64,000 bases of DNA, from the NCBI GenBank assembly GCA_965240325.2, contig OZ251222.1, positions 4,836,001-4,900,000 of the forward strand, read 5' to 3'. Below, piece by piece: positions 24,289 to 38,100 of this stretch; position 1 is the stretch's first letter; every line of letters begins with the position of its first letter. A program made the position numbers and the translations under genes. The notes beneath the pieces are model-generated. The model was not told the origin of the DNA and made no database searches. It was given only the letters and a program-made list of their open reading frames with translations. Source of the DNA: Rebecca billardiae RCC1528. Lineage: Eukaryota > Protista > Haptophyta.

Positions 24289-25403
24289 CTACGCCAGGCC
24301 GATGCGCTGCATCGCGTGCAGGCTGAGGCCGACGCTCGTCGCGAGCAGCTCGTTGATCGCCTCGCCCGTCGCGCCGCCCTGCGAGAGCAGCTTGTCGAAG
24401 AGGAAGGGCAGCAGCACGATGAGCGCGAGCAGGATGGGCTCCTCCAGCCCGAGCGTCTGCACCTCCGAGAAGGCCCAGCCGAAGAGCAGGAAGCGCGTCT
24501 GCTGCGGGCCGAAGAGCAGCGCGTACGAGGTGGAGAGCAGCGCGAGCGCCGTGAAGATGGCCCACTGCAGCAGCCACGCGACGCCCAGCCGCACGCGCGG
24601 CGGCAGCGTCAGCGCGCGCTTGAGCGCGTGCAGCTTGCCCCGCCAGCCGAGCCTGCTGCGCGCCTCGTTCGCCGCCTCCTCCCGCACCATGCGGTCGTAC
24701 CAGTGCACGAGCTCGGCGAAGGAGATGGTGCCGTCGTGGTCGGAGTCGATCTCAGCCGCGAGCAGCTGCACGCGCCGCCGGCGCAGCCGGAAGCCGAGCG
24801 CGTCGATCAGCACGCCGAACTCGGCGTGGTCGATCGCGCCGTTGCCGTCCGCGTCGTGCGCGCTGAACTTTGCGCGCAGCAGCGAGAGCGTGCGCGCGTC
24901 CAGACCGTGGCCGCCCGGGTCGGCCAGCGGCTCCAGCGGCTCCAGCGGCTCGGCGGGGGCCGAGGGCGTGCCGCCGCCGGACGCGCGCGCGAGGTCGGAG
25001 ACGCGGGCGAAGCGCGTGGAGCGCGGCGCGCTCGGGCTGGGCGGCGAGGGCGGCGGCGAGTAGGCCGTGCTCGGCGGCTCGCTCCCGCCGCCGCCGCTGC
25101 TCGCCCGCCGGCTCGGGTCGGGCGGGGAGAGCGCGGGCGGGGAGCGCACGCGCGCGCGCGCGCCGCCGGCCGCGCCGTCGGCGGCCGCCTCGGCCGCCGC
25201 TGCGGGGAGGTTGCGCGGCCGCTCGGCGCGGTGGGCGGGCGAGGCGCTCGGCGAGAGCAGCGTGGGCGGCGCGCGCGTGGGCCTGGTGGTGCCGCTGCCT
25301 CTGCGCGAGCACGCTGCGCCCGAGCTGCGCACACTGCCGCCGCCGCCGCCGGGCTCGGGCGCGCGCTCGGGCGCGCGGTCGGGCACCGAGTCGGGCGAGG
25401 CGC

Positions 25404-25456
<53 letters not shown>

Positions 25457-28400
25457 TCGGCGCGCGGCGAGAGGTCCTTGGCGCGCTGCGCGCTCTCGTC
25501 GAGCCACGCGCCGAGTGCGCTGCCCGCGCTGCCGCTGCCGCTGGCCCGCGCGCGTGTGTGCGTGCGGACACCCGGTGTGGCGCTGGGCGGCGCGCTGCCT
25601 TCAGGGCGCCCGGCTGGGGCGGAGGCGCCGCCCTCGGCAGCGCGGCCCTTGGCGCCGCCCTCCTTGCGCCGCCGCCTCGAGCCCGCCGAGCCCGCGCCCC
25701 TCGACTTTGGCCTGCGCAGCGCCACCTCCGGCCCCTGTGCCACGAAGCTGCTGCCCGGCTCAAACGCGGGGCGGCGCGATCCGCCAGCGTCTGTCTCCGC
25801 AAAGGAGGAGACGGAGGCGCTGCCCTCCGCCTCGCCGAGGGAGCCGCCCGCGCTGGCGAGGACGCGCGCGCCGGGCGAGGCGACCGGCCGGAGGCCCTCG
25901 CGGTAGTCGCCCGCGAGCTCGAGCACGCCCCGACGCGGCTCGGCGCCGCGGCCGTCCGCGTCGTGCGCGGCGGCGCCGGCGGCGGGCCAAGGGTCGGCTT
26001 GGCTCGCGCCGCGCGGGATGGCGGGCAGCGGCCTGGGCGGCGGCCTCGTCGGGAAGAGCTCCGAGATGGAGCGCATCTCCGCGCGGTCCACGCCGCCGCC
26101 GCCCGCCTCGCTCAGCTCGAGCAGCCGCGAGAGCGCCGCCAGCTGCTCCGACCGCGCCTCAGCCGCGGCCGCGGCCGCCGGGTCGGCCGCGGCCGACGCG
26201 GCCGCGGCCGCGCTGCCGGACGAGGTGCGGTCGACCGGGCCGGGCTCGGCGTCGGGGTGGAGCCGCGAGCGCTCGACGCGGCTGAGCGCGCGCGACGGCG
26301 GGCGGACGGGCGGCAGCGGCGAGCACGACGCGCCGGCGGCGTCGGCGTCGGCGTCGGTGGCGTCGGCGCCCGGCGGCGGCGGCGGCCGCGCGCGTCCGCG
26401 CGCGCTCGCGCCGCCGCCGCCGCCCTCGCCCGCGCCCTCGCCGCGCGCGGACGGGTGCGGCGTGTCGGTCGAGGAGTGGGTGCCGCCCATGTCGAAGGCC
26501 GTGCGCGGCGAGGGCGCGGAGCAGCTCTCCGCCGGCGGCGCGCCCGGCCTCGCCCCGCCCCTCGCCCCGGCCGAGTGCTCCGGAGCGAGCGGGACGGTCG
26601 GCCTGAGGGACGCGCCGCCCCCGACGAGGCGGAGCGCCGCGGCCGCGCGCACCGGCGCCCACGCGCTGCGCGCGCGCGGCGAGGCGAGCGCGGGCGCGGC
26701 GGCGGCGGCGTGCTGCTGCTGCTGCTGCTGCTGCGCCAGCGCCGCGCCCAGCTGCCGCTTCACCGACGAGGCGAACAGCGTCTTCTGCGCGCCTCGCTGC
26801 TGCAGCTCCGCGCGCAGAAAGGCCGCGTGCACGCGCGTCGAGAGGGGCGCCGCGCGCCGCCCGTACCCCCAGCGGAAGAGGAGCCGGAGGAGGGCGAGCG
26901 CGGGCGCGGTGAGCGCGGCGGTGAGCAGCGCGGTCATGATCGCGTGGATCAGGTTGACCGACGCCGGCGCCCCCTCGGGCGGCGCGGACGTGGAGTGCAG
27001 CATGCACGAGAGCAGCAGCCCGAGCATCGCCACGCTCCAGAAGATCTGCGCCAGCTCGGCGCGCTTCGAGTCCTCCGCGTCGGCAAACCAGATGCCGAGG
27101 AGGGAGTGGTCGGTCTGCAGCTTGAGCAGCACGCGGCGCAGCAGCGCCGTGAGCACGTGGTCGCCCGGCCGGTCCTTCTTCCCCTCCTTCTTCGCGAGCA
27201 CGTCGGAGAAGACCTCGGTGTACGCCGCGCGCGCGCTGCGGCCGCGCGCGTACTTCTGCACGGTGAGCGCCGCGCGCCGCTTCGTCTCGTCCATCAGCTC
27301 GTCGAGCGCGTCGAGCCGCTCCTCCAGCCGGTCGGCGAGGTCCTTGGTCGCCTCGGCGTTCAGGTTGTTCGACGCGCGCGCCACGCGCGCGCTCGCCGCG
27401 TCCCTGCCGCCCCACGCGGGCGAGCCCGGCGCGGCCGGCTTGGGGTGCTTGGGCTGGTTGGCAGCGGGGTGCGTGGGGTGCGGCGGCTTGGGCGCGCACC
27501 CGGGCCGCGCGCCGCCGGGCGGGCCAAGGGCGGGCAGGCGAGCGCCGCCCGCCAGCCCGGCGAGCAAGAAGGCGGGCGGCTGCGGCGCGGCTGCGGCGCC
27601 CGCGGCGCCGAGCGCGCCGCCCCCCTTCGCGCTGCCCGCCGCGCCCCGCCCCTCGAGCAGCGCCCTGCGCCTCGCCTCCCTCCGGCGGCTGTCCAGCCAG
27701 TCCCTGCCGCCCAGCAGCAGCAGCGAGAGCGCGCACCCGCCCGCCATGCTCAGGATGGTGACGAAGATGTACGGGCTGGACGCGAAGGTGATGGGCGCGG
27801 CGAGGGAGGCGGCGGCCTCCTCGGCGCTCAGCGTGTTCACGTTGAAGCTCTGCACGTCCGCCGCCGCCTGCTCCGGCGTGGCAGGCACGGACACGCCCGC
27901 AAAGTCGGTCAGGTGGTCGCACGCGCAGTAGTGCAGCGAAGGGTCGGGGCCGGGCACGGGCGCGCAGCCGTCGTCCGCCCACGCGCGCGCGGCCTCGTCC
28001 CAGAAGATGCACGAGAGGACCTCGCCCGGCGCCGCCGGCTGCGCCACCGGTATCTGCAGCACCACCGCCTCCTCCAGCCCGGCCACGCGCAGCGCGCCGC
28101 CCCCCGCCGCCGCGTACAAGCTGGCGGAGAAGACGGGCGTGGACAGCCCGCGCGCCACGGACGCGGTGGCGGCGCCGCTCGAGTTGGCGCCGTGCACGTT
28201 GCGCGAGATCGCCCAGAGCACGACGTCGACGCCGCCGGCGAGGTCGGCGGCGGCGTGCGCGTCGAACACGCCCGCGGGCACGCCCACGCCGCCCACGCCG
28301 CCCGGCCCGGGCAGCGTCGCGTTGCGCAGCGCGCCCGGCTCTGCTCTACTGGCGCTCACGTTGAGCGCGCCGCCGCTCAGCTGCGCGCCGCCCTCGCCCG

Positions 28401-31400
28401 CCACCGCGCCGACGAGGAGCGCGGCGCCGAGCGAGCTGGCCGCGCTCGCCGCCGCCGCGCCCACCGCCTCCTCCGCGCCCGGCTCGGCCGGCTCGCCCGC
28501 CGAGAGCGCCGCGTCCATCGCGGCGAGGAGCGCGGCCGCCGTGCCGTCGGCCAGGCCGCCGGCGGCGGCCGCGCCCGCCGCGAGCGACCCCGCCTGCGCG
28601 AGCGCGCTGGCCTGCGCGCCGCCGCCGAGCGCGCCGGCGGGCGCGGCGCGGAGCACGGTGGCGAGCGCGCTCGCGCTCTGCGCGCGCGCCTCCGCCGTCG
28701 ACGCGCCCGCCGCCGCCGCCGCCGCGCTGAGCTCGAGCAGCGCCTCGAGCGCGCCGCGCGCGGCCGCCTCGGTCGCGTTGGCGGGCGGCGGCGCCCCGTC
28801 CGGCGCGCGCGCCACGAGCGCGGACGCGGGCAGGAGCGCGCCGAGCACGCTGACGAGCTGCGTCGCGGCGGACGCCTGGCCCGCCGCGACCGCGGCGCGC
28901 GCGCGCGTCAGCGCGCCCTCCAGCTCCGCGCCGCTGATCGGCGGCGGCGCGCCCACGCCGACGGGCGCGGCCGCGCTCGCCTCCGCGCCCCACGCGTCCC
29001 GCACGCGCACGGCGCAGCTGCGGTTGCCCGCGGGCAGCAGCGCGTCCGCGAAGGGCGCGCTGCCCGCCGCGCCGAGCGAGGCGGCCGCGCTCGCTCCCGC
29101 GCCGCCGCCCGCCTCCGCCAGCGCCTCCGCGTGCGCGAACGCGTAGCTGAGCGGCAGGTCCTCCGCGTCGTCCGCCCAGCCGGACGCCTGCAGCCGGAAG
29201 CGCGTCTGCAGCGCCACGCCCGACGGCGGCGAGACGCTCAGCGCGCCGCCCCACGGCGGGCGGTTGATCGTGACGAGCACCTGGCCGTACGCGCTGGCAC
29301 CCGGCGCGTACGCCGGGCCCGACGGCGTGACCGTCAGCCGGAACGCGTACGTCGCGCCCGGCGTGAGCGCGCCCGGCCGCAGCGCGAGGTTAGGACTTGC
29401 CGCGCCCGTGCTGCTGACCGCGCCCGTGTCGTGCAGCGCGAGGCCGGCGGGCCGCGCGGCGCCGTCGGCGTCGAGCAGCGCGGCGGACCACGCGTACGCG
29501 AACGAGGCGGCGCCCGCGTCGGCGAGCGCCTGCGACGCGCCGTCCAGCCGCGCCCGCAGCGCCAGCCGCGCCGAGGGCAGCGCCCAGCTCGGGTTGTACT
29601 TGGGCCTGCTCAGCGGCTCAAACAGCAGCCGCGGCAGATGGCCGCCCACCACCTCGACGGAGGCGGTGGCGGTGGCGGGGGAGAAGGTGGGCTTGGAGAC
29701 GGTGAGCGTGAGCGCGTACGTGCCCACGCCGAGCGCGCCCGCGGGCAGCTCGAGCACCGCCGCCGACGCGTTCGCGCCCAGCTCGACGCGCGCGCCGTCG
29801 TGCGCGCGCGCCATCGCCCACCGCCACGCGAGACCGCCGCCGCCAACGCCGCCGCCGCCGCCCTCGTTCGGGTCGAGCGAGGCGCTGCCGTCGACGCGCA
29901 GCGCCGAGCCGGCAGAGACGCGCCGGTCGCCGCCTGCGAGCACCGCGCGCAGCGCCTCGCGCACCACCACCACGCGCACGCGCGCCGCCGCCGCCTGCGA
30001 GGGCGCGGCGGCCATGCTGGCGCGCAGCTCAAACGTGTATGTGTGCCGAGCGCTCAGCGAGTGCGGCGGCAGCTGCAGCGAGGCGGAGGTGGCGGCGGAG
30101 AGGTCGGGCACGAGCGCGGCGGACGCGTCGGCGGACGGCTCGGCCGTCACCTCCACGCGCACCACCCGCCACGCGAACGCCATCGCCGGCTCGAACGCCG
30201 CGGGCCAGCACGGCGCGCGCGCCGCGTCGCCCTGCAGCAGCAGCGGCAGCGCCGCGCGCGCACGCACCTTCCCCGGCCCCGCGATCGCGAGGCTCGGGCT
30301 CGCGCCGCCCGCGCGCGCGACGGCGATCTCGGCGGGCGCGGAGACGACACCGAGGAACGAGGTGACGCGCAGCACGAACACAAACTCGCCGCTCACGCCG
30401 ATCTCGTCGGCGCCCAGCGCCAGCACCGACGTGTCGGCCGGCAGCGCGCTCAGCCGCGCGTTGAGCGACGCCGCGCGCGCCGAGCGGCTCGGGTCGACGC
30501 GCCACTCAAAGGCGGCGGGGCCGATGCCGCCGGCCGACGAGGCGGAGGCGTCGAGCTGCAGCGAAGCGCCCGGGCAGCTCGAGACGCTCGACGGGCCCGA
30601 CACCGCCGCCTCGGGCGCCGGGCACGGCACGCCCTCGCCGCACGGCGCGTCCGCGTCAACCGCCGCGCCGCCGGCCGCGTACAGCTGCTCGCGCTCGGCG
30701 CAGCCGTCCGCGCACGCGCGGGGCAGCAGCGCGCGCGCGCGCAGCGCGAGCGCGCTGCCCGGCCGCACGGCGGTGCGCGCGTCGAGCTGCGCCACCAGCG
30801 TGCTGCCGTCCGCCCAGTAGCACAGCGGCGCCGCGGCGCCGCGCCCGCGCAGCAGGTCGACGCTGGCGTCGTCGAGCACGACGCTGCACGGCTGCGCGCC
30901 CGACATGCCCGCGCGGTCGGTCGGCTGACCGTCGAAGCGCAGCAGCAGCGACGTCGCCTCGGCGCTGAAGGCCGCCGAGAGCAGCTGCGGCGCGTGCAGC
31001 CCGACAAACTCGAAGAACACGCCGCCCTCCGCCTCCGCCTCGTCGGGCGTGAACTGCTGCCCGTTGAGCGCCACGCGCACGGCCGCGCGCCCCGCGCCGC
31101 CGTACCGCGTGACCACGCCCACGTGCGTGCCGTTGGCGCGCGTCGGCGCGGAGGCGAGCGCGGCGCCAAAGGCCACGCGCAGCAGGGACAGCTCGCCGAG
31201 CGCGTCGAGCCCCTCGCCGAGCACCTCCACGCTCGTGCCGCCCATCGCGTCGCCCGCCGCCGGGTGCACGCGCAGCAGCGTCGGCTCGTCGTAGTAGGCG
31301 TAGCGCGCGCCGCCGCCAGCCGTGGTCGAGTGCGCGCTGCCGTTGCCCAGCGAGATCTCGAGGGCGTACGACGCGGGCGCGGCGGAGGGCGCGGGCGGGA

Positions 31401-32140
31401 GCGTGCAGCGCGCGCGGCTCGAGCCGTCCGCCGCGGGGGCGAGCAGCGTCGCCGGCGCCGCGCAGCCGCCGCCGCCGGGCGCGCCGGCCAGCACGCAGCA
31501 CAGCAGCCCGGGCCCGTACTCGGCAAAGCCCGCGCCCACCACCGTCACCACCGTGCCGCCGCGCACGGGGCCGCCGGGCGGGTGCACCGACGCGACCGAG
31601 ACGGCGCTCAGCTCGTACAGCTCGAAGGTGATGGCGCCGAACAGCGGCTCCAGCCGCGCCTCCCCGCCGGGCAGCGCGAGGCTCACGTGGTACACGCCCG
31701 CGCTGCCGCCCGCGCTGCCGCCCGCGCTGCCGCCCGCGCTGCCGCCCGCGCTGCCGCCCGCGCTGCCGCCCGCGCTGCCGCCCGCGCTGCCGCCCGCGCT
31801 GCCGCCCGCGCCGGACGAGGGCGCGGCGCACACGGCGGTCGAGTCTGAGAGGCGCGTGGCGGCCGAGAGCAGGAGGGGCGCCGCGCCGTCCGGGGAGCCG
31901 TCCGCGCGCACGCGCGAGAAGGCGCACTGCGCGCCGCCCAGCGAGTCGAAGCCCGAGCCGGAGAGTGTGAGCGCGCTGCCGCCGCCGCCGAGCGGCGCGC
32001 CGCGCGGCTGCGCGGAGGCGAGCAGCGCGCGCACGGCGGGAGGCGGCGGGGGCGGCGGCGAGGGCGGCGGCGGCGAGGGCGGCGGCGAGGGCGGCGAGGG
32101 CGGCGGGAGCGGCAGCGTGCGCGGCGGCGGCGGGCGCGCG

Positions 32141-32172
<32 letters not shown>

Positions 32173-35100
32173 CGGCGAGGGCGGCGCCCCGGGCGGAGGC
32201 GCAGGAGGCACGCTCGGCGGCGGCGCCGGCCGCGGGCTCGGTGGCGCACCCGGCGGCAAGGAGGGCGGCGACGTCGGTGGCGATGACGGCGGCGGGCTCG
32301 GCGGCGCCGGCGGCGGGAACGGCTGCGTACGCGGCGGCGGCGGCAGGTGCGGCGGCGGGCTCGGCGGCGGCGGGCTCGGCGGTGGCGAGGGCGGCGGCGA
32401 GGGCGGCGGCTGCAGCGGCGACGGCGGCAATGGCGGCGGCGAGGGTGGCGGCGCGCTCGGTGGCGAGTGCGGCGGCGGGTGCGGCGGCGGGCTGGGAGGC
32501 GACGACGGTGGCGGGCTCGGCGGTGGGCTCGGCGGCGGGCTCGGCGGCGCCGGCGGCGGGAACGGCTGCGTGCGCGGCGGCGGCGGCAGGTGCGGCGGCG
32601 GGCTCGGCGGCGGCCGGCTCGGCGGCGAGTGGGGTGGCGGCGAGGGCGGCGGCTGCAGCGGCGGCGGCGGCAATGGCGGCGGCGAGCGGGGCGGCGCGCT
32701 CGGTGGCGAATGCGGCGGCGGGTGCGGCGGCGGGCTGGGAGGCGACGACGGTGGCGGGCTCGGCGGCGGGCTCGGCGGCGGGCTCGGCGGCGCCGGCGGC
32801 GGGAACGGCTGCGTGCGCGGCGGCGGCGGCAGGTGCGGCGGCGGGCTCGGCGGCGGCGGGCTCGGCGGTGGCGAGGGCGGCGGCGAGGGCGGCGGCTGCA
32901 GCGGCGACGGCGGCAATGGCGGCGGCGAGGGGGGCGGCGCGCTCGGTGGCGAGTGCGGCGGCGGGTGCGGCGGCGGGCTGGGAGGCGACGACGGTGGCGG
33001 GCTCGGCGGCGGGCTCGGCGGTGGGCTCGGCGGCGCGGGCGGCGGGAACGGCTCGGCGCGTGGCGGCGGCGGCGGACGCGGCGGCGGGCGCGGCGGCGGC
33101 GAGCTTGGCGGCGGCCCGGGTGGCGGCGAGGGCGGCGGCTGCAGCGGCGGCAGTGGCGATGGCGGCGGCGAGGGGGGCGGCGCGCTCGGTGGCGAGTGCG
33201 GCGGCGGCGAGTGCGGCGGCGGGCTCGGAGGCGGCGGTGGCGGCGATGACGGCGGCGGGCTCGGCGGTGGGCTCGGCGGCGCCGGCGGCGGGAACGGCTG
33301 GGTGCGCGGCGGCGGCGGCAGGTGCGGCGGCGGGCTCGGCGGCGGCGGGCTCGGCGGTGGCGAGGGCGGCGGCGAGGGCGGCGGCTGCAGCGGCGACGGC
33401 GGCAATGGCGGCGGCGAGCGGGGCGGCGCGCTCGGTGGCGAATGCGGCGGCGGGTGCGGCGGCGGGCTGGGAGGCGACGACGGTGGCGGGCTCGGCGGCG
33501 GGCTCGGCGGCGGGCTCGGCGGCGCCGGCGGCGGGAACGGCTGCGTGCGCGGCGGCGGCGGCAGGTGCGGCGGCGGGCTCGGCGGCGGCCGGCTCGGCGG
33601 CGAGTGGGGTGGCGGCGAGGGCGGCGGCTGCAGCGGCGGCGGCGGCAATGGCGGCGGCGAGCGGGGCGGCGCGCTCGGTGGCGAATGCGGCGGCGGGTGC
33701 GGCGGCGGGCTGGGAGGCGACGACGGTGGCGGGCTCGGCGGCGGGCTCGGCGGCGGGCTCGGCGGCGCCGGCGGCGGGAACGGCTGCGTGCGCGGCGGCG
33801 GCGGCAGGTGCGGCGGCGGGCTCGGCGGCGGCGGGCTCGGCGGTGGCGAGGGCGGCGGCGAGGGCGGCGGCTGCAGCGGCGACGGCGGCAATGGCGGCGG
33901 CGAGGGGGGCGGCGCGCTCGGTGGCGAGTGCGGCGGCGGGTGCGGCGGCGGGCTGGGAGGCGACGACGGTGGCGGGCTCGGCGGCGGGCTCGGCGGTGGG
34001 CTCGGCGGCGCGGGCGGCGGGAACGGCTCGGCGCGTGGCGGCGGCGGCGGACGCGGCGGCGGGCGCGGCGGCGGCGAGCTTGGCGGCGGCCCGGGTGGCG
34101 GCGAGGGCGGCGGCTGCAGCGGCGGCAGTGGCGATGGCGGCGGCGAGGGGGGCGGCGCGCTCGGTGGCGAGTGCGGCGGCGGCGAGTGCGGCGGCGGGCT
34201 CGGAGGCGGCGGTGGCGGCGATGACGGCGGCGGGCTCGGCGGTGGGCTCGGCGGCGCCGGCGGCGGGAACGGCTGGGTGCGCGGCGGCGGCGGCAGGTGC
34301 GGCGGCGGGCTCGGCGGCGGCGGGCTCGGCGGTGGCGAGGGCGGCGCCGAGGGCGGCGGCTGCAGCGGCGGCGGCAGCGACGGTGTCGGCGAGGGTGGCG
34401 GCGCGCTCGGCGGCGCGAGCGGCGGTGAGTGCGGCGGTGCGCTCGGAGGCGCAAGCGGCGGCGCCGACGGCGGTGGCGACGGCGGCGGGCTCGGCGGTGG
34501 GCTCGGTGGCGCCGGCGGAGGGAACGGGTCGGTGCGCGGCGGCGGTGGTAGACGCGGCGGCGGGCTCGGCGGCGGCGGCGCTGGCGGTTGGCCGGGCGGC
34601 GGGCTGGGCGGCAGGCTGGGCGGTGGGCTGGGCGGCGGGATCGGTGGCGGCGAGGGCGGCGGGCTTGGCGGCGGCACTGACGGTGGCATTGGTGGCGGGC
34701 TCGATGGCGGAAATGGCGGCGGCAGAGCCGGCGGCGGCGAGGGCGGCGGCAAAGGCGGCGGCGAGGGCGGCGGCGCAGGCTGCGGCGGGCTCGGCGGTGG
34801 GCTCGGCGGCGGGCTCGGCGGTGGCGATGGCGGCGGCAACGGCGGTGGGGATGGCGGCGGGCTCGGTGGCGGCAAAGGCGGCGGCGCGGACGGTGGCGGC
34901 GAGGGTGGCGCCGAGGGCGGCGGCGAAGGCGGCGGGCCGGGCGGCGGCGGGCTGGGCGGTGGGGCTGGCGGCGGGCTGGGTGGGGGCGAGGGCGGCGGAG
35001 TGGGCGGCCGCGATGGCGGCGGGCTCGGCGGCGGCGACGGGGGTGGCGGGCTCGGCGGCGGGCTTGGCGGCAGCAGAGGAGGCGGGCTCGGCGGCGGGCT

Positions 35101-38100
35101 CGGCGGCGAGATGGGCGGCGGCGAGGGCGGCGGGCTTGGCGGCGGCGAAGGCGGCGGCGGGCTTGGCGGCGGCAACGGTGGTGGGCTCGGCGGCGGGCTC
35201 GGCGGCGGCGATGGCGGCGGCGGGCTCGGCGGCGGCGACGGTGGCGGCGATGGCGGCGGCGATGGCGGCGGGAGCGGTGGTGGTGGGCTCGGCGGCGGGC
35301 TCGGCGGCGGGCGCGGTGGTGGCGACGGTGGTGGGCTCGGCGGCGGTGGGCTCGGCGGCGGACGTGGGGGCGGCGTCGGCGGCGGGCTCGGTGGCGGCGA
35401 TGGTGGCGGTGGGCTCGGCGGTGGGCGTGGCGGTGGCGATGGCGGCGGGCTGGGCGGCGGCGAAGGCGGCGGCGGGCTCGGCGGCGGAGACGGCGGTGGG
35501 GTGGGCGGTGGGCTCGGCGGCGGCGACGGGGGCGGCGGGCTCGGCGGCGGGCTCGGCGGCGGCAGAGGCGGCGGGCTCGGCGGCGGGCTCGGCGGCGAGA
35601 TGGGCGGCGGCGAGGGCGGCGGGCTCGGCGGTGGCGACGGCGGCGGCGGGCTTGGCGGTGGCGATGGTGGAGGGCTCGGAGGCGGGCTCGGCGGCGGAGA
35701 CGGTGGCGGCGGCGAAGGCGGTGGCAGCGGGGGCGGCGATGGGGGCGGCGACGGCGGCGGGCTCGGCGGTGGCGGGCTCGGCGGTGGGCTCGGCGGGGGG
35801 TTCGGTGGCGGGGACGGCGGTGGACTGGGCGGCGGTGGGCTCGGCGGCGGACTTGGTGGCGGCGTCGGCGGCGGGCTCGGCGGGGGCGAGGGAGGTGGCG
35901 GGCTCGGCGGCGGGCTTGGCGGCGGGCTTGGCGGCGGGCTTGGCGGAGGCGAAGGCGGCGGTGGGCTCGGCGGCGGCAATGGCGGCGGGCTGGGCGGCGG
36001 GCTGGGCGGCGGCGACGGTGGAGGCGGTGAGGGCGGCGGCAACGGTGGCGGAGATGGCGGCGGTGAGGGGGGCGGGCTCGGTGGTGGCGGGCTCGGCGGC
36101 GGGCTCGGCGGCGGGCTCGGCGGCGGGCTTGGCGGCGGGCTCGGCGGTGGCGGGCTCGGCGGCGGGCTGGGAGGTGGCGAGGGTGGCGGGCTCGGCGGCG
36201 GAGACGGTGGTGGCGGGCTCGGCGGCGGGCTCGGCGGCGGCGAGGGCGGCGGGCTTGGAGGCGGTGAAGGCGGTGGGGGGCTCGGCGGAGGCGAGGGCGG
36301 CGGGCTCGGCGGTGGACTCGGCGGCGGCGACGGTGGCGGCGGTGACGGCGGCGGCGATGGTGGCGGCGACGGTGGCGGCGACGGTGGCGGGCTCGGCGGT
36401 GGCGGCGACGGCGGTGGGCTGGGGGGCGGGCTGGGCGGTGGCGATGGCGGTGGGCTCGGCGGCGGCGAGGGCGGCGGGCTGGGCGGTGGACTCGGCGGCG
36501 GCAACGGTGGCGGCGGTGACGGCGGCGGCGACGGTGGCGGCGACGGTGGCGGCGACGGTGGTGGGCTCGGCGGTGGCGGCGAGGGCGGCGGGCTTGGCGG
36601 TGGGCTGGGTGGAGGCGATGGCGGCGGGCTCGGCGGTGGGGGGCTCGGCGGCGGGCTCGGTGGCGGGCTCGGCGGCGGGCTCGGTGGTGGCGACGGCGGC
36701 GGCGGGCTGGGCGGTGGGCTCGGCGGCGGCGATGGTGGCGGGCTCGGCGGCGGCGACGGTGGCGGCGACGGTGGCGGTGACGGCGGTGGACTCGGGGGCG
36801 GCGACGGTGGCGGAGGGCTCGGCGGCGGCGAGGGCGGTGGGCTGGGCGGTGGGCTGGGCGGCGGCGACGGTGGCGGCGGTGACGGAGGAGGTGACGGTGG
36901 CGGCGACGGCGGCGGTGATGGCGGCGGGCTCGGCGGTGGCGGGCTCGGCGGCGGGCTCGGCGGCGGGCTGGGCGGCGGTGACGGCGGCGGGCTGGGCGGT
37001 GGCGGGCTCGGTGGCGGGCTGGGCGGTGGCGATGGCGGCGGGCTCGGCGGCGGCGACGGTGGCGGCGGGCTCGGCGGAGGGCTCGGCGGCGGGCTCGGCG
37101 GCGGTGACGGCGGTGGGCTCGGCGGTGGCGATGGCGGTGGTGATGGCGGTGGGCTCGGGGGCGGGCTCGGCGGCGGTGGGCTCGGCGGAGGCGAGGGCGG
37201 CGGGCTCGGCGGTGGGCTCGGCGGCGGTGACGGTGGCGGCGGCGACGGCGGCGGTGATGGCGGCGGTGATGGTGGCGGGCTCGGCGGCGGGCTCGGAGGC
37301 GGCGGGCTCGGCGGCGGCGATGGTGGCGGGCTGGGCGGCGGCGATGGCGGTGGGCTCGGTGGCGGTGGGCTCGGTGGCGGGCTCGGTGGCGGGCTCGGCG
37401 GCGGGCTCGGCGGTGGCGATGGCGGCGGCGGGCTCGGCGGTGGCGACGGCGGTGGTGATGGCGGCGGACTTGGCGGTGGGCTCGGCGGCGGCGGGCTCGG
37501 CGGCGGCGAGGGCGGCGGGCTGGGCGGTGGACTGGGCGGCGGCGACGGTGGCGGCGGTGACGGCGGAGGCGATGGTGGCGGCGACGGTGGCGGTGATGGC
37601 GGTGGGTTGGGAGGTGGCGGGCTCGGCGGCGGGCTCGGTGGCGGGCTGGGCGGAGGCGACGGCGGCGGGCTCGGCGGTGGCGGGCTCGGTGGCGGGCTGG
37701 GCGGTGGCGATGGGGGCGGGCTTGGCGGTGGCAATGGTGGCGGCGGGCTCGGCGGAGGGCTCGGCGGCGGGCTCGGTGGCGGTGACGGCGGTGGGCTCGG
37801 CGGTGGCGACGGCGGTGGTGATGGCGGTGGGCTCGGGGGCGGGCTCGGCGGCGGCGGGCTCGGCGGCGGCGAGGGCGGCGGGCTGGGCGGTGGACTGGGC
37901 GGCGGCGACGGTGGCGGCGGTGACGGAGGAGGTGACGGTGGCGGCGACGGCGGCGGTGATGGTGGCGGGCTCGGCGGTGGCGGGCTCGGCGGCGGGCTCG
38001 GTGGCGGGCTGGGCGGCGGTGACGGCGGCGGGCTGGGCGGTGGCGGGCTCGGTGGCGGGCTGGGCGGTGGCGATGGCGGCGGGCTTGGCGGTGGCAATGG